From Vicinamibacteria bacterium (GTDB lineage Bacteria; Acidobacteriota; Vicinamibacteria; Marinacidobacterales; Marinacidobacteraceae): a stretch of 64,000 bases of DNA. The stretch's first letter is position 1. Every line of letters begins with the position of its first letter. The stretch lies in assembly GCA_964291235.2 (NCBI GenBank), contig OZ219816.1:1664001-1728000 (forward strand), given 5' to 3'. Position numbers and translations under genes: made by a program. Of this stretch, positions 61,391 through 64,000 are shown one piece after another. Under the pieces are notes generated by a model. The model was given only the letters and a program-made list of their open reading frames with translations. It was not told where the DNA came from and did no database searches.

Positions 61391-64000
61391 ATGCTCCAGA
61401 GTCCGCTCACCCGCTTCGCCCCCACAGGCGGCCTGCTCGCCGCCGGCCTGCTCACCGCCGGCCTGCTCGCCGCCCCGACAGCGGCCGCCCAGGAATCCCC
61501 GGCCGTCACCGAGAGCCTCCTCTCCGGCCTGAAACTCCGTGGCATCGGCCCCGCGGCCCGTTCGGGGCGAGTGGCCGACGTGACGATCGACCCCAACGAC
61601 CGGGCGACCTGGTACGTCGCGGTCGCTTCCGGAAATGCCTTCAAGACTACGAATCGGGGCACCACCTGGGAGCCCATCTTCGAGAACTACCCGGTGTACT
61701 CGACGTCCACCATCGTGATCGATCCGGAGAACTCGAACGTGCTGTGGCTCGGCAGCGGCGAGAACAACGGCCAGCGCTCGGCGGGCTACGGCAACGGGGT
61801 GTACCGGAGCCGCGACGCCGGGGCCTCCTTCCAGCACCTCGGACTCGACGAGTCGGAGCACATCGGCAAGATCGTGATCGACCCGCGCGACGGCGACACC
61901 GTCTATGTCGCCTCGCAGGGGCCGCTCTGGCGAGCCGGCGGGGATCGCGGGCTCTACAAGACGACCGACGGCGGCGCCACCTGGGACCGGGTGCTCCACA
62001 TCTCGGAGGACACCGGCATCAGCGACGTGCTCCTCGACCCGCGGAACCCGGACATCGTGTACGCCGCGTCCTGGCAGCGGCGGCGGCACACGGGACTCCT
62101 GGTGGCGGGCGGTCCCGAGGGCGGCATCCACAAATCGGAGGACGGCGGGGCCACCTGGCGGAAGCTCTCGAAGGGCCTCCCCTCCCCCGACCGGCACGAC
62201 ATCGGCCGGATCGGGCTGGCGCTCGCGCCCCAGGACCCGGACGTCGTTTACGCCCTGATCGCCGCCTCCGACGACGCGAGCGGCTTCTACCGCTCCACGG
62301 ACCGCGGCGAGAGCTGGGAAAAGCGCAGCGACTACATCTGCGTGGATCCGCAGTACTACATGGAGATCTTCCCGGACCCGCACCGTCCGGGACGGATCTA
62401 CTCGATGGACGTCTGGGTCCAGATCACCGACGACGACGGGAAGACCTGGCGCGATCTCAACAGCCGCTGGAAGCACGTGGACAACCACGACCTGGAGTTC
62501 GATCCCGGCGACCCGGATTACCTGATGGTGAGTTCCGACGGCGGCATCTACGAGAGCTGGGATCTCGGGGAGCGCTGGAAGTTCCATGCGAACCAGTCGC
62601 TCACCCAGTTCTACCGGGTGGGAATCGACAACGACTTCCCCTTCTACAACGTCTATGGCGGCACCCAGGACAACGCCACCCTCGGCGGTCCCTCGCGGAC
62701 GATCAACATCCACGGCATCCGCAACAGCGACTGGCTGGACGTCATCGGCGGCGACGGCTTCCAGGCGCGGGTGGACCCCGACGATCCCAACATCATCTAC
62801 GCCCAGTACCAGTACGCCGGGATCGCCCGCTTCGACAAGCGCACCGGCGAACGGATGGAGATCCAGCCGCAGCCCGAGCCGGACGATCCGCCGCTCAAGT
62901 GGAACTGGGACGCCCCGCTCATCATCTCGCCGCATGACGGCCAGCGCCTCTACTTCGGCGCCAACCGGCTCTATCGGAGCGACGACCGGGCGAACACCTG
63001 GGTCCCGATCAGCGAGGACCTCACGCGCGGGATCAACCGCGCCGAACGGACCGTCATGGGCCGCACCTGGAGCACGGACGCGGTCTGGCGGAACGTCTTC
63101 ACCTCCACCTACGGGAACATGGTGGCGCTCGACGAGTCCCCGCTGGTGGAGGGATTGCTCTACACCGGCATGGACGACGGCCGCGTGCAGATCAGCGGCG
63201 ACGGAGGACTCGAATGGCGCGCTGTGGACGCCGTCCCCGGGGTGCCTCCGCGCACCTACGTGGCGGACCTCCACGCTTCCCGTCACCGGGAAAACACGGT
63301 GTACGCCGTCTTCAACAACCACAAGGAAGGCGACTTCAAGCCCTACGTGATGCGGAGCGACGACCGGGGCGTCACCTGGGAGGACATCACCGGCGACCTG
63401 CCGGAGGACCAGCTCGCCTGGACGGTGGTCGAGGATCCGGGACAGGAGGGTCTGCTCTTCCTCGGTACGGAGTTCGGCCTCTTCGTGACGCTCGACGGCG
63501 GGGATCGGTGGGTCCGGCTGAAAGGCGGCCTGCCGACCATCGCGATCCGGGATCTGGAGATCCAGGCGCGGGAGAACGACCTCGTCGCCGCCTCCTTCGG
63601 CCGCGGCTTCTTCATTCTCGACGACTACACGCCCCTCCGGCGCCTCTCGGTGGACGCACTGGCAGCCGAAGGCACGGTGTTTCCGGTCAAGGACCCGTGG
63701 ATGTACGTGGAGGCGAACCCGCTCGGCGGCGGCGAGAAGTCGCAGCGCGGCGACGCCTTCTACACCGCGCCGAACCCGCCGTTCGGGGCGGTGGTGACCT
63801 ACCACCTGAGGGAGAGCGTCCGGAGCCTCCGCGAAGCGCGCCGCGAGCGCGAACGCGCCCTGGCCGCCGCCGGGGAGGCACTCCTCTACCCCGCCTGGGA
63901 CGAGCTGCGCGCCGAAGACCGGGCCGAGGATCCGGCGGTCTTCGTGGTCATCCGGGACTCCGGCGGCGAGGTCGTGCGCCGCATCCCGGCGCCCGGAACC
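61391..64000 (+). CDS. VPS10/BNR-repeat glycosyl-hydrolase-like protein (runs off the window end)
   Basis: RBS AAGGAG; signal peptide; LRGIGPA..SGRV; repeated SxDxGxTW; absent from the ORF track because no stop falls in the window. Confidence 0.88.
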   Translation, partial: MLQSPLTRFAPTGGLLAAGLLTAGLLAAPTAAAQESPAVTESLLSGLKLRGIGPAARSGRVADVTIDPNDRATWYVAVASGNAFKTTNRGTTWEPIFENYPVYSTSTIVIDPENSNVLWLGSGENNGQRSAGYGNGVYRSRDAGASFQHLGLDESEHIGKIVIDPRDGDTVYVASQGPLWRAGGDRGLYKTTDGGATWDRVLHISEDTGISDVLLDPRNPDIVYAASWQRRRHTGLLVAGGPEGGIHKSEDGGATWRKLSKGLPSPDRHDIGRIGLALAPQDPDVVYALIAASDDASGFYRSTDRGESWEKRSDYICVDPQYYMEIFPDPHRPGRIYSMDVWVQITDDDGKTWRDLNSRWKHVDNHDLEFDPGDPDYLMVSSDGGIYESWDLGERWKFHANQSLTQFYRVGIDNDFPFYNVYGGTQDNATLGGPSRTINIHGIRNSDWLDVIGGDGFQARVDPDDPNIIYAQYQYAGIARFDKRTGERMEIQPQPEPDDPPLKWNWDAPLIISPHDGQRLYFGANRLYRSDDRANTWVPISEDLTRGINRAERTVMGRTWSTDAVWRNVFTSTYGNMVALDESPLVEGLLYTGMDDGRVQISGDGGLEWRAVDAVPGVPPRTYVADLHASRHRENTVYAVFNNHKEGDFKPYVMRSDDRGVTWEDITGDLPEDQLAWTVVEDPGQEGLLFLGTEFGLFVTLDGGDRWVRLKGGLPTIAIRDLEIQARENDLVAASFGRGFFILDDYTPLRRLSVDALAAEGTVFPVKDPWMYVEANPLGGGEKSQRGDAFYTAPNPPFGAVVTYHLRESVRSLREARRERERALAAAGEALLYPAWDELRAEDRAEDPAVFVVIRDSGGEVVRRIPAPGT

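Overview
High-GC bacterial chromosome segment, probably Acidobacteriota (inferred from GroEL style, the DUF507 pair and the gene inventory; not verified). Core genes include a rhodanese, panE (frameshifted)/ilvD, groES-groEL, a czcCBA-type RND pump, mmsA, tRNA-Asp, hsp20, gap-pgk-tpiA-secG-tRNA-Leu (interrupted by a cobalamin-riboswitch-controlled TonB receptor) and many secreted hydrolases. Accessory highlights: (1) an ~8.2 kb tyrosine-integrase island (8849-17058) that appears inserted into a dispersed structured repeat rather than a tRNA. It carries a block bracketed by long inverted oriT-like repeats, with a lipoprotein, two paralogous secreted Cys-stapled helical-hairpin peptides, a coupled 4-TM protein and a divergent sigma-70 factor. 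It also carries a third hairpin-peptide gene with a G11 tract, an IS1-like relic and a clostripain-like lipoprotein. (2) A TA pair, an amphipathic wHTH protein, an array of TGACCATGG repeats and a TM0106-type nuclease in one strand-coherent cluster. (3) An Rdx/SelW selenoprotein missed by the ORF track. (4) An orphan CI/Cro-like switch. (5) Three families of hairpin repeats with compensatory changes. All assignments are from reading the sequence; no database searches were run.
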